This document shows, piece by piece, positions 26,101 through 40,100 of a stretch of DNA of 64,000 bases. The stretch spans positions 97,218,001-97,282,000 of the forward strand of contig NC_087436.1 in NCBI RefSeq assembly GCF_036321535.1, in the 5' to 3' direction. A program made the position numbers and the translations under genes. A model generated the notes under the pieces. That model was not told the origin of the DNA. It ran no database searches and saw nothing but the letters and a program-made list of their open reading frames with translations. This DNA comes from Camelus dromedarius (taxonomy: Eukaryota). Within the stretch, counting starts at the first letter, position 1; each line of letters starts with the position of its first letter.

Positions 26101-29100
26101 TGCCAATCAGTACATCACAAATGGTAAGCTTAAAGTTGGGTGTTTTTTTTTTTTTTTTTTTTTTGATTCTTTCTTGCTAATTTAAAAAAGCTATCTTGAT
26201 GAAGATATAAAAAGACTAGGAGACCTCAAGTTGTTTTGACTTGTGAATGTCTAAATATGTAAAGGAACACCCCATGTACATCAAGAAAGAATACATTTGA
26301 GGGAGTTAAGAACTCACTTTTGGCATGGTTTTAATGTTTGATCAACCGTTCAAGTTGAAATCACCAGAAGAGAAAACTAAGATTATCTTTACCGCTTTGA
26401 GAGGAACAAAGCTAAGAAAGGAACAAAGGGTTCTGATTATGTTGGCTTACTGAAGCAGATGGAACCTCTGTGTTCCACCTGACCTTCTGAAATGTTAAAA
26501 GCTTTATTTCTAGTAACATGCAGGGAAGATAAAGTGAAATGTGAAAAGAAGATAAAAGTGAAGGCGTTGGTAGTCACAGGATTATAGTTGGTAGGAAGGA
26601 CATCAGCAGGGAATTGGGGCTTTTTCTAATGTAAATAGAAATCCTCCAAGTAACCCCAACATAAATAAATAAATTAACGGATAAATAAGTAACTGAACCA
26701 CAAGTGATGGGTTTTATTTTAAGTGCTTGTAAATTTTAAAGCAGTCGTTCTCTACCCTGTCATTTCCAATGCCCCCTTTGTATAGTAAGTATTTTGTTCG
26801 TTCCCTTTACTCACCTGAGATATGCTATTATACCCATTAAATAATGTTATAACCTACTTATAAAAATAACTAAAAGGAAAATATATATTATAATATATAA
26901 ATGCTCAGACACTCCTGTATGGTCAAAAATAATGAAAATAGATCCTGAAACCTATAAGTGGAATTATCATGGAGGTGACAGCTATAAATTCAGACTGATA
27001 CAAGCATGTCAACTTGGGACTCATTTATCATCAGCAGAATTGCCATCATGGGTGAAATGGTGAACCACAGCCTGCTATAACAGAATTCCACAGTTTATAA
27101 GTCTAAGCTCAATTAGATCAGTTAGTTTTGAAGTTTTCCTTCTAAATGAATGTCTGAGGGACATGGGAAATTTATACTAGGTAGAGAACAAGTCTTTTTT
27201 TTTTTTTTTTTTTTTTTTTTGTCTCATTCTTTGAAAAATGCCGGGCATCCTTGACCCACTGCCACCAGTCATCAGGACAAGCTGAAACCCACCTTATCCT
27301 AAGAGGAGATACCACCTTCATCATACATCTAAAGTACTTTGTTGTTTTAATGCTTCACCTTAAAAATGAACCTGTCCTCTGCCAGTGTACCCTTTAGGTA
27401 CTTCACATGCTGAAAAAACAACACTGCCAGAGGGGCCTCATTTAAGTCGGCTTATTCACAGAGAGGTTCCGGTTTGTGAAGCAGTTACTTTTTACAAAGC
27501 AATGAAAGGTTTCCTTGTTTCTCCTCATAGCTGCTATGACATGGAAGATCAGTTCATTTTTAATCAAGGTCTTTCTAGCCCTTCTCTTGATTGACGCAAA
27601 TGCTGCCACCCTTTGAGTATGTGAAGAGGACAGAGAAAGGCATACATCTCTAGGCTCGGCACTAAAAATGTAATTATTAAGGAAGTCATACTTGGCTCTG
27701 GAAATCCTGTGTCATTACTGCCAAAAGTTGAAGGAAAGCACCTGTTATTTCAGGTGGAAATGAATAGGTCTCTATTTAACAAAGGAGGCCAGGTTTAATT
27801 CTGTGAACAAGATTTTAAACTACTGATAACATGACTTATCTAGCTAAAAAAGCACCTCCATACCCTCTTCTTAAATAACTACACTGCATTTTCAGCAGTT
27901 GTTATGCTAGAGTATGCAAACTAGTTGTTTATTTCTAGTAATGTCCTAATGTCAGCTGACTTAGATCCATATAATCCATCATGACAGATGGTTGTAAGTG
28001 TAATTATTAATAAAAATTTGTAAATAAACAAATAAGAATTTTTATTCCAACAGTGATGACTCAGTTTTTCCCATCCCTAACCTCTTTTATAATTGTATGA
28101 TTTGACAGTCTAACAAATTTATGTTTTCATCCCATTTTCAGCTCTATTTTTATGCAGCAACCTGGATCTTCAGGATTTTCATTCTCCTAAAGTATTTCAA
28201 ACTTTGATACTGGTGTGAAAAACATACCTGACTGATTTTTTGCAAATCTCTGTTTGCCTCTGTGATTTGTTTCAGTATAACTAAGAACACTTTAGAGCTT
28301 TCACTATTGTATCTGTTTGTAATAGTGGAGCTCTTTCCGATATTTGGAGGTCTCATTACCAATTTAATCTTGTAATAAAGGAGAATAAGCTTTTATTTCA
28401 ATGTAGATACTGCTTTCCGGTTAAGAATATCAGTCCCACCTCCAAGTCCACTGCAGTATCATCAGTTTCTTTACATGCAGGACGTTGAAATTGTCCTATT
28501 CCCTGACCATCCTTTCACAACGGATAGGAAAGTGAGGGGGAAAGTGTGAACTCATGTTAGTTTTCACTTTGCTTATATTACCTTGTTTAGTCCTCAGAAA
28601 TACCTTGGTGAGTTGATACTTTTCCCCTCAAATTACATGTGTAAAAATCATCATGGGGAGATCTCCACATTTGTACAGAATAAAACCAAGTTGTAGTAGT
28701 TAAGATATTGGGCTCAAAGTCAGATTTGAAATTCATATCTCTGTTCCTCATTTGAACCAGCTGTTTGACTTTAGGCAAGTGTCTGAACCTCTCTGATCCA
28801 TGGGTTCTTTTACATGTGAAATATAAATAATGACAATCAGTAATCAGGAGTGTTGTAAAAATTAAAAGCAGTAACTGATGTAAGATGTCCAGTGTATATG
28901 ACATCTGAGACATAATTGTTATTCCAGCAATGGCAACTGTTAATGGGATCAGTGGTATCCTAGAGCTTGCAAGTAGTAGAATCAAGAATTACATACAATA
29001 ACAAATGTAAAGATAGTGCCTGTTCTATAGTTTTATATTAAAATAATGAATTCTAATTATCATCTCTTAATAGAAGATAACCAGTTTATGGGTTAATCAA

Positions 29101-32100
29101 CAATTTAGTTATGACATTGGCAAATTACGGACAATATGGTTTTTGCTAAACCTTTTAGAAAATTATTTTTAAAAAATAGGATTGATGTAGCACAAAAGAT
29201 TTTGTCTGATTTTATAAAGAATTATATTTTGTCTCCTTATTCATTTACAACTATTTTCTGTTAATTTATATGTCACCGTAGACATTCGTAAGATATTTTA
29301 TTTCTCAAGTATTTATTGAGCATCTATTATGTACTCAGCACTCTGCTTTGTGCAGGAGGTATACTTACAAACAAGAAGTAGGTTTGTCTCCAGGATGTCT
29401 GGGCTGGTTGCTCTGTTGTTGTTGTTTGTAATTGCCATCGTAATGAGTAGGTTTGCACCAGTGTGCACAGAATGCCCGACTGCATTCCATTGCACTGAAT
29501 AGGGAGCAAAAATCTGGTTATTTACACTGGAAGCAGAAAACTTGTTGTCTTCTGTGGACCTGGGATTATTGATAAATTCTGGAATAATGTATTCAGAATA
29601 GAGGAGATCAGTATTAAGGAGGATGTGATATATTTGGTATTTTTTACTTGTGATTTTATTACCAAAGTGGCATGGGTCATATACAAGTGTGGTAATATTA
29701 ACATACTTTTTCTTGTTTGTCATTAGCATTCCTACTTTAACCAAAAATAAAAAGCGCCAGTACTATGTGTTTTACATGTAGGAAGGGATGGAAGTGTTGA
29801 ATTGACTTACATGTGGCTGTGGTGCCAGGAAAGTTACATCAACATCTCCATGTTAGAGCTTGTGTTCTTGCTTTTTCAATCATGCTGTTTTCAGTGTACT
29901 TTGAAAAGGTTTGAATTTCCTTTTTCCTAGCATATGCTTCCATTGTAACATTGTGTTAACTGATTGGCATATTTTGATCAGCAGAATCTTTCCTGTGAAA
30001 CTTATAGTAATTTTAAAAAACCTATGGGTTTTTTTTTGTTGTTGTTAACTCTATGCTAAGAACTTTTGATGCGTTTAAATATATGACTGCAGAAAACAGA
30101 ATGTATATATGGATTAGTATTTATCAAGAAGAAATCTTTAAGATGTCTTTAAGATTAGCTTCTTGCTTTTTGAACTATTTTATATCAACATTTAATGTAT
30201 GATATTATTACATATGTTTCTGATTGATATTTCCACTAACAGTTAAACAGAGATTACTCAGTAATGTTTGGTAATGAGTATCATATGTTCTCATTGAGTG
30301 TTGTATTTTATAATTTCATATAAGTTAACTTTATCAACTATATATAGGTTGTTCACTAGTATTGATGAGAAATTACCCTAGTTTTGTTAGGATAAACAAA
30401 GGATTAATTTATGTTATTAGTGCTGGACAAGATTAATTTTACGAGTCCTTTTACAATTATTTAATTGTATATGCAAATAGGCAGCTTTCCATAAAGGAAA
30501 CCAGAATGTCTAAATTAAAAAATAGAGTAATTCACTAATTCATTGTACAAAGAGGTAGCTTTATATCTGAGATTTTTATCTAAAGGATAGCACCTCTGAT
30601 TTTTTTTTTTAACAGTTGAGTAACAAACAAATGCCTCTGCACAGATTCATTTATACAGTAAATCTTACTATGTGCTTAATGATTTTCCAAGTCTTAGGGT
30701 CTCTCGTATATAGTCCTAGAACTATTCTTGTGTACCATAAGCTACAGTTATGTCTATTGTTAAGTACAGATCTTTCTAAAAGGATTTTTTTATGTATAAT
30801 TTAAAAAGATCTTAATTAGAAAAAATTGATTTGGTTTTATTTTTTGCAGAGCGCCCTCTTCACTACACAGAAAATGTGTTGGAACAGGTTCTTCGGTGGA
30901 GTTCGTTAGCTGAACCTGGCTCTGCTTATCTTGTGGTGAAGAGATTCTTAACCATTGACACAATTAAACAGTATAATGGTAGGTGTTATTAAATCACATT
31001 GCAACTACAATGGAAGATTCAGTCGCCTAAAGGATAATTATTATGGCACAAGTGTTATTTGAAAATGTAAAAAATGCACAGGTAAATGTAGACTCTACTG
31101 ACATATTGTTGTAAAATAGAAAGAAGACTATATAAACCAAGTGCCACAGCCAGATCTTCCTGGTGGGTGGCACTGTGGTGGTAGCTGGTTAAGCTGATGG
31201 TATCAAATTAAAGATTTGGAAGGAATTGTTCATCTCATTAAGTTGGTTTTTTGTTTTGTTTAGTTGTGTGGTTTTCTTTTTTCTTTTTTTCTTTTTTTTT
31301 TTTTTTTTGCCATGCTTACGTGTTTTTTTAACTTTTAGATAGACGGTGAATCATCTTTTTGAATTATGTTTACATTTGAAAATTCTCTGGGCATTCAAGA
31401 AGTGCAGGCTCTGAGAATGCATGATAATAATTCTCGTCTATTTTGCAGTAATATTGGGAAACATACAAAGTAAAACACTTCCAGTAAGGACATTAGCCAT
31501 CCAAGTGGGGGAAGACATGTACACGTGCCAAGTTACATCAGAAGTTAGCTAGCACAAGGGAACCATATGAGACAGGTTCTGAACTGGTACGAGACATCAG
31601 AAAACTTTCATTCTGAAACTTTGGTTCTTCTGTTATGATGACATTAACTGACAGATTAGACAAAGGTTTCCTGCCCGCGCTATCAACCAATCCCAAAAGC
31701 AGAGGGCTCAGGTTTTATAAGATGAAATTTACCACAACTTTTGTCATTTGTATTGCTAATAACCATTACTGCTTATTAACTGTGTATCATTAACTAAGCT
31801 CTCTCCACACCAAAACTCATTTAAACCTTTTTTTTTAACTTTTCCGTAAGTTATATTGTCATTTGAATTTTACAACTGAGGAAAGAGAAGAACCTCAGAG
31901 AAATTAAGTAACTTGCTCCCAGATTACACATTTATTTACTAATTATTGGATTTGAGTACAGATTGGTTTTACTTTTAATTATTAAAAAAGAAAAAACAAA
32001 AGATGGGCAGGTTGGTACAGCTCTTAAATGCTGTAAAGCTACTTGGTGTGATTGCAGACTCTAATTAGTAGCCATAAGTCAGCAAGCTCTTAACTGTACT

Positions 32101-35100
32101 GGAACTAACCTGATATGTTTCTGATTTCATAATGTTTTAGTCTGTTCTGGCTGCTCTCACAAATTACAATAGACTGGGGGTCTTGTAAACAACAGAAGTG
32201 TATTTCTCGCAGCCTGGAGACCAGAAGTCCGATGTCAGGGTGCCAGCATGGCCAAGTGCAGGTTGCAGACTGGGGACTGTTTGTATCCTCCCAGAGTGGA
32301 GAGCAGAGAGGGGAAGCCAGCTCTCTTGTGACCCTAATAAGGGCACTAATCCCTTTCACGAGGACTCCACCCTCACGACCTCATCTAATCCTAATTCCCT
32401 CTCAGAGACCCCTCCTCCTAACGCCTCCTTGTGCAGCGTAGGAAGGTTTCAACATGAGAATGGAGAGAAACATTAACATTTAGTCCATAACTCTGCCTTT
32501 CATATCTTAATACTTACAGGAAAGCATTTTTACAAAATGCAAGCCGTATAGCAACTTGGGTGATGCTGGTCTTACTGACATCTAAAGAAACAGAACAGCT
32601 ATTCTCTTGGCAGTGGAAATTTAGCCATTTAAAGATGTTCTTATTTTAAATTTCTTTGTTACTCCTACGTATGATTTTGACCACATCCTCTGTACACATG
32701 TAAGGAATGGAATAGGAATTCTCTCTAGCCATATGAAGGCTACGTGCATCCCAGTCATAGAGCGATGGTTCTCAGGAGGGAATTTTGTCCCCTGGGGGAC
32801 ACATGGCAGTGTCTGGAGATATTTCTGACTGTCACACTGAGTGGGGCAGTGCTGCTGGCATTTAGTGGTTTAGAGATCAGAGATGCTGCTGAACATCCTA
32901 GCATACACAGGAAGGTTCTTTACCACAAAGAGTAAACTGGCCCCAAATGTCAGGGCTGTCATGTTGAGAATCTCCGACAGATAATCTGTGTAATCTCTTG
33001 TAGCTCTGAAATTCTATTTGTCTTTCATTTTAACATTGAGATAAAGAAAACATTGAGCTTATGAACTAAGTCCTGTCAATAGTATGAAATGAAATATATT
33101 AGAGGTTCTTGAAATGAAATATATTGGAGGTTCTCATGACTTCTTTTCTTTTAGAAAGTAAAAGTCATCTTTTCAGGTAAAAAAAAACTATCTTTCTGGT
33201 GACAATTTTCCTTTTCCTTTTCCTTTTCCTAACATTCTGAAATGTCCCTAATTCTCCACATTGCAAAATACTTGAAACCCACACCTGGACATAATAACTT
33301 AGCTCTTGTTTGAATGCTAGTGGACTGGCTATCTGAATAAAAACAGACAAGAATAGGATCTTAAAAGGCTGTAATATGAAGGAAGGTTTTGTGCAGGTGG
33401 GCCTGAGTGATAACCCAAAGCAAGGATACATTAAGTGCTGTTTATCTTTGGAAAAAAAAAAAAAAGATCAGCAATGTTATGTTGAGCGGATTTAGAGCAA
33501 TCACATATGAGCAAAATCTTTCTTCACATTGTTTAAGGGCAGGAAGTAGCAGTCGGTGACAAACTGTACGTTGGCTCTACCCACAAACTGGGTGGGAAGA
33601 CTGGGCATTAAAACGATGCCTCACACATTTGTACAAGTCCTCTTTAGGGGGTTGCGAGCGTGTCCTTCTGTGGGGAAAGCATCCGACTCTGTAAGGTCCA
33701 GACAAAGCATCTTGCATGAAAATTGGGGAGCCCAGCAGTGGAAAGCAGGCTTCCGTGACGGTTTGAGGGATTTGGATGAAACATCCTCTAAAGTAAAATG
33801 GCAGTAAACTTCTGTGTTATTCTTTTATCTGCTTCCTTCCTCTAACAAGGTGGGAGCTGTGAAACATACCCCCGCCCCAGCACTCTCCCACCTCCACTGG
33901 CCAAACCAATATGCAACTTGTTAGTATGATATCTATTGTCCTTTCTACCAGGACATTATGTCCCTCTGCCTGAAGGGAAAAAAAATCAAGGTTTAGAGTG
34001 ACTCCATCAGCAAATACAGTAATTGGACATTTCATATTATTAGTTATGTATTTTTGGTCAAAACTAGGAGTACCTATGAAATCAATATTTAACTTTTGTT
34101 TTTCTCCTAGCCAATGAAAATTTTATAAACGTTTTAAATTAGAGCCTGATTTATATTCAGATTGTCAAAGTAAAATAATCTTTGTCATTATACTTGGTCC
34201 TGCTTCTGTGCGAATTTAAAGTAGCACTTAAAAGCTCCAGGTTGCTGTAAGACACAACTGTAAGAAAAAAATGGTGACTTAAGGAATTTGATTTAAAAAA
34301 CGACCACCAGGCCAAAGCTTCTTTAAGTACTTCTTAACGGGGTACACTTTGTGATAGATTTTAAGCTGGTTAGGTGTTCAGTCTCCTTTGTCTCTGTCTT
34401 GGCAAATGTCTCCTAAATCAATCACAGTGACCACCTACTCCAGAATTATTGCCCCATTCCTGACATGCACTGCTCCTTCAAACTGGGATCTAAAAGGACA
34501 ATAATGAAAGCAAATCAAATGTGATTTCTCTGTCAATTCATTAGCAGAAAAGCTGGAATCATCTCAGAAACACATTGTTCTTTACAGCAAGGAAACACTG
34601 TTAATGATTTCCTTTCCTTTCTTAAGATTTTTTTATTCTAACCTGGAGGCAGAGTAGAAATTAGCCGAGTTTGAAACAAAGGTGATTTGTCTCAGTAACA
34701 GATAGGGAATGTGTTAATATTTTGTTAAAACTTGAAGTAACACTTCCACATCCTTTGCACCCTATCTTGTCATACCCGATACCTAGTTGTCATAAATTTT
34801 ACTGTCTACCAATCCCTGTCTCTTCCTGTCTCGACCCTGTATCCACTTACACACACACACATATGACTTGCATTTTGGTAATTGTATGATAGCCTTTCTG
34901 ATTTTATGTAACATATTCTAAGCCTGTACTTTTGTTTAATATTGTTTTCACCACCTTCTTGCTAACTGAAGAATTTTCTCAAATACCTTTACGAGTTTAG
35001 GGTTGTTCAGGGGCTTCAATTCTCTCAGTGTTCTCACTTTTTCTAAACAGTTTAAAATACAGACATTACAAGAAGGAATAGATTCGAGAATCATCCAGTA

Positions 35101-37125
35101 CTTAATTTCTGTTCATTCATTTAAGGCAGTGTCGTAACATACTTTACTTTCATGGAAGTGTATGAGAGTAAATGAATTTTCTGTCGTCTCTACTTAAAAA
35201 TCAATTCTGTTTTTCAAAAGCCACATTTTATTTCTTAGAGACATTTTGGGCTATTGTCATTATTGTAATGAGGAGTTAACTAACTTGAAAAGAAAAATAA
35301 TAGTCCAAATTTCTTTTCTACCCCACGGATTATGACTGAGACATTGAGAGAGGGGAAGTAAAACTTCATTTAAATTGCCATTTAGACTTTGTCATAGCTA
35401 ATCATATTCGAACATCTTGTATTATCGTTATCTCTTGTATTGAGTTAACTTTCAACATCTCAATCTCAAGTAAGCCATACATGTATAGCTTCTGTAAGGT
35501 TCCAGAATATGTGATTTTATGTCACAGATCTCTTATTTTAAGCACTAAAGTTCTTTAATATTATCCCAACAGAATATGATACAATGGAATCAGGTTGTAA
35601 TGATCTCAATGGGGAAGAACTACTTTTAAGATAGAAGATGTAACTCAAATGCAGATGCCTGGGGGTTTCTAAATTTAGATTGCCGCATATGACAGATGCT
35701 TTGGAATTAAATTTGCATTAGAATAGAAGAGTTCAAAATGCAACTGCTTCCGGCAAATTCAGACCTGGAAAGCTGAGCTGTCCTCTGTTGACTGACTTAA
35801 GAAAATAAAAGAAAATTCCAGCAAAAATACTGTGAGTTCATAAATCAGAATCTAGCTGAAAGAATTTATATTCCACTCTGCATCAAATGTCTTTAACTCC
35901 AAAGATGGGTATAAGTTGAAGGCAAGACCTAGTCCTTCCACTTCAAGTGGAAGTATTTTCTTAGAAATTAGTGATAGAATAGAAAAGTAGTGTTCTACTT
36001 CCTGCAGTTTGCTGCATTGTCAGTAAAATGGCATGGAATCTGGCACTTTTCTAGTCAGTTCTCCAGTAGTAACGATATTTACAATTGTGCTATTTATGGG
36101 TAATCTAATTACAGGAGGAGGTCATCAGACTGCTAGTTCTGTTGAGCGTTGCTTCTTCAATACAAGTAACATAAAGGAAAATAGACTGAGAATGGGGGGA
36201 GGGGCGCCCATTTGACTTTTCCTAAGAAATAGATTACTGTCAGGCAGCTGTTGTATCCAGTTTGATTTCTACTCAGTTGTAGAACTAAATTTTAGTAAAT
36301 GCATTTTGAGTGAATGTCATCCAGTGAGTGAAATATATCAGAAATTCTTCCTCCTCCAAGTTATAAAGAATACATGTGTTCTATACAGTCAATATCAAAC
36401 AAAAGAATATGCATAATCTTTAATGTGGGAGAAAATTTTAGATGTTAGCCTGTAAATATTGCCAAATACCACTTGGTTGTGGCATATTTTCAGGAGAATG
36501 GCTCTCATGGAAACTGTCTCCTCCAGCACTTGGACTACACAGGCAGGGGTGAAACTTGGTTTTTCAGACAATGTACAGGCCTGAGGAAATACGTTTTGGC
36601 AGCAAAAGAAGGGAGACACACAGAGACCATGAGAAATGGACCCATTGTCGTGTAGTGGCTTGTCACTGCTCAGATCGTATATAAGAGAGAGTAGCTCGTA
36701 GTTATCATGAATTCACTGTGTTCCAGAGGCTGGGCTGACTGCCCTGCGCACACCATCTTATTTAATTCCCTCGTAGTCTTCGGAGATTTTATAGTGCTCA
36801 CTAACCTTTTGTAAGTGGGGAAGCTGGGACAGGGAGGCATTAATAACTCCCTCAAGGTGATCTGCTGGTAAGGGAAGGAGCAGGAATTAGTCAGAATCTC
36901 TCCAAATCCAGGCCATGTATTCCCTCCTCAACCACTTGCTGTACTGCAATCAAGGATAAGTCAGATTTTAGTTTTTAAAACTTATAAATTCAGTCTATAA
37001 ATCATCAAACCTTTGGAAGGGTAATTTTTCCTCTCTTACTACAGACTCTGCAGTGCAGGAAAAAAAAAGAAAGAAAGTGGAGGGGGGAGAGAGAAAGAGA
37101 AAGAGAGAAAGAGAAAGAAAGAGAA

Positions 37126-37159
<34 letters not shown>

Positions 37160-40100
37160 AGAGAGAGAAAGATGTCTGTCCTCCATAGATAAATAAGCAA
37201 TTATTTTCTGCTTGGTCTGTACCAAGCACTGTTCTCAGCACTTACGTACCAAATGTACTGGTTGATGACTGTATGGTCCCCATTTTGCAGGTGAGGAGAC
37301 TGAGATTTAGAGATGACTGCCTGGGAGCCAGTGGAGGGTGTGGTTGTCATTCAAGCCCAGATGGTCCAGCTCCAGAGTGCGCTCCGAGTCACTGGACTAT
37401 GTCAGTTCTCACATAGGTTGGGGAGGAAAATCCAAAGTCCGCATGGTTTTAAAAGGCAAACAGGAAATGATTATGTACTTGAGAGCTAAATTATGAGGCC
37501 AGTGTGACTTTCTACGTGTCATTGCCTAATTTTTCCCTTAGAGTTTTGAGACATAAATAACAAATGTGGACTGAAGTAGTTAGAAAAAAATTGTCATGGC
37601 TGAGTTGGGTGCAGAAGTCGGGCTAAAACAGGTGTAGAACCAAGGAGAATGGGAGTTCCTTCAGATTCAGTCCACTGATCCACTTGAGTCACGCCAGAGA
37701 CAAGGACTGGTTTTCCAAGCAAAGTATTATGATCAACTGAATATAAATAAATATCATATTTTAACTTTTTAGTTTATGGAGATGCGTAGGAGGAGTCTAG
37801 TTTCTTTAACCCTTCAAAATTCAGGGAAAGAAGTTAAGGCTTTTAATGTTGGGTGGGTAAGACTTGAGATAGTAGAAAAGTAGAGCTTTGGAAAGGGGAT
37901 TCATGTGCTAGAGCATTTTTGCATAACATGAATCTGGAATCGTATGGAGCCATTAGAAAAGTAGAACATGGAGTCACAGGGTCCTGGAAGCTGGGTATTA
38001 GGTAGAAAAGGCAGGGGTTAGACGAAATTGAAAAAAGAAGCGGAGGTGAACCCCAAAGAGAAATTCTGGAAGAACAGTGGCTGCAGTGCTAACTGACTGG
38101 ACATGAGGGATAAAGGGGGGATATGTATCTTATAGTCATCATTCCCAAGTTTATGTTCCCCTCTGTCTGCCCTTCCTCCTCTCCCTCACTTCCTTTTTCT
38201 GTTTCTTCCTGTCTCTGTCATCAGTTATTTAATTGGGATTAGGGGCCGCTAGTTAGGAATTACTGTGTTTGTATGAAAAGTTGAGATTTTCAAATGGTTT
38301 GGAAAAACTTTTTTTGGGGGGAGGGTATCAGTTTCATAGTCCCAGAGTCCCAGTTATATGACATCTATTCTGTTTAAATATATTTGTTCATTTCTGTTTT
38401 GTTTCATACATGCAATTTTGAAGGGCTTTTCTTACTAATACAATTACCACACACTATAACTAAGAATACCAAACTATCACTTCACCCAGTATTAACTCTG
38501 AAGACCCCTCACTGAACTCCAACTGAGCTTTCCTTGCCCTCTCAACCACCAGGAAGGTGGGAGGAATTTATGATTCTCTAGAGATAACAGTATACTGGAA
38601 TTTGACTGGAATGAAAGACAAAAAAGGTAGTAAATGCAACTGAACCTACAGGGTATATCCCAGAATCTTGCTCTGAAGGAATTAAATGCTTTGGTTGTAC
38701 ATTAAACCTTCTTATCTGTTACACCTGTAAAAGAATTAGATGGCTTTCCCAAGTCATTTACTTAATGGCTTTATTTATTATGTGCTGTAGATGGTTTTTT
38801 TTTAATTAAAAGCAAATATACGTGGTGTGCCTTTTTTTCTTTTTAAAATTCTTATTACATAGACGTATTCCATGCTTAGTAACTTATATTACACCATACC
38901 TAAGATTTATATCGTGGACCATATGATATGTAAAATCATTCTTTTTGATTGGATCAGAGGGACCCAATGGATCCCTCTATGACTGTAAACTGACTATATG
39001 ACTGTATAGAATGATGTAACAAGGGGCGTGGCCAGAAGGACTGCATATGTGCTATTAGAAATTTAAGAATACTGCTCTGAAGTTAGGAGCTGAAAAAGCT
39101 TGACATCTAGAAAGACCAGTGTGCTGGGAAGAACTATGAAGATAGCAAGATTCAAAGAAAGGGGGAGGCCCAAAGCATAGTATCGGACCAGAATTTCAAG
39201 AATTATGAAGCAGAAATCCCACTGCAAACATCCAAGTAGCAGAAATTTGAACTCTTCGTCCAAAGGGACATGCAAGGCATGAAACATATTCTGACAAACT
39301 CAAGATGAACTCAAACCTGGACAGGGTCTGGACAGCAGGTGTGGTGGATACAGCTGGTATGAACTTTGTGCTGAACTATATTCTTCTGGAACAAAAGATC
39401 TTAAGCTTTTTACCGAGGATGAGGTGGAGGGAATGAAAATATGAGAGTGAAGTACCCTGAAGTCAAGGGACCACGCAGAACTGGAAGCATTTGGAAAAGT
39501 GAATTATTAGAAGCCCTTTAATTCATAAACCTTGGTTTTGTTACACACTAAGTCATGCATGTTCCCCAAAGTAGGCAACTTCATTTTGGCCCTTAAGCAC
39601 TGGGTATTTTTCCTACTTATTTTAACATTTTGAGAGCAGACAGAAATGTTATCATGAGAGCTTTTAAAAATTCTTTTAAGTCCTTGATATTTGTAATCAA
39701 ACTTTGTATTTCAAAATTCTTTTCATTCTTCCCTCCTCCTTAACATATATTCCTCTCAAAGCCTCCTTCTAAGTTCCTTAACAGTGTATGTGTGAAGATT
39801 TAGCTAATATACTTAATTATATATAATGATTATTAAAGTAAATTTTAATAAATATGCACCAAAGATGGAAACAATATTTATTCCCCAAGCATCCTGTTTT
39901 CTCTTTGACCTATGAGTAATTTACTTAGACACTGAACTCATGATTGTTTCTTACTGGTCAAATTAAAAAGCTTTATTAAATTGAACAAAAATCTAAATGA
40001 AAAAGGTACAGTCAGAAGGTGTGAATAGAATTGGTTTGGCTTAAACAGTATCTATATCTTACAACTTGATTGTAATTTAATGCTTTTAAATGCTTTACCT

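Noticed and set aside
33155..33182. 22-nt micro-exon or recursive AG|GT site (ttttcag|gtaaaa)
   Set aside because: Weak donor and frame-shifting length; the 11-kb intron is much shorter than those typical of vertebrate recursive splicing.
35711..35753. Octamer ATTTGCAT next to an ETS-like CTTCCGG as an enhancer
   Set aside because: Short motifs are frequent by chance and cannot be supported without chromatin or conservation data.
35935..35953. Inverted repeat cttccactt-c-aagtggaag (also the 8-bp stem at about 54500-54519)
   Set aside because: Short stems are compatible with chance; no miRNA or snoRNA-like context.
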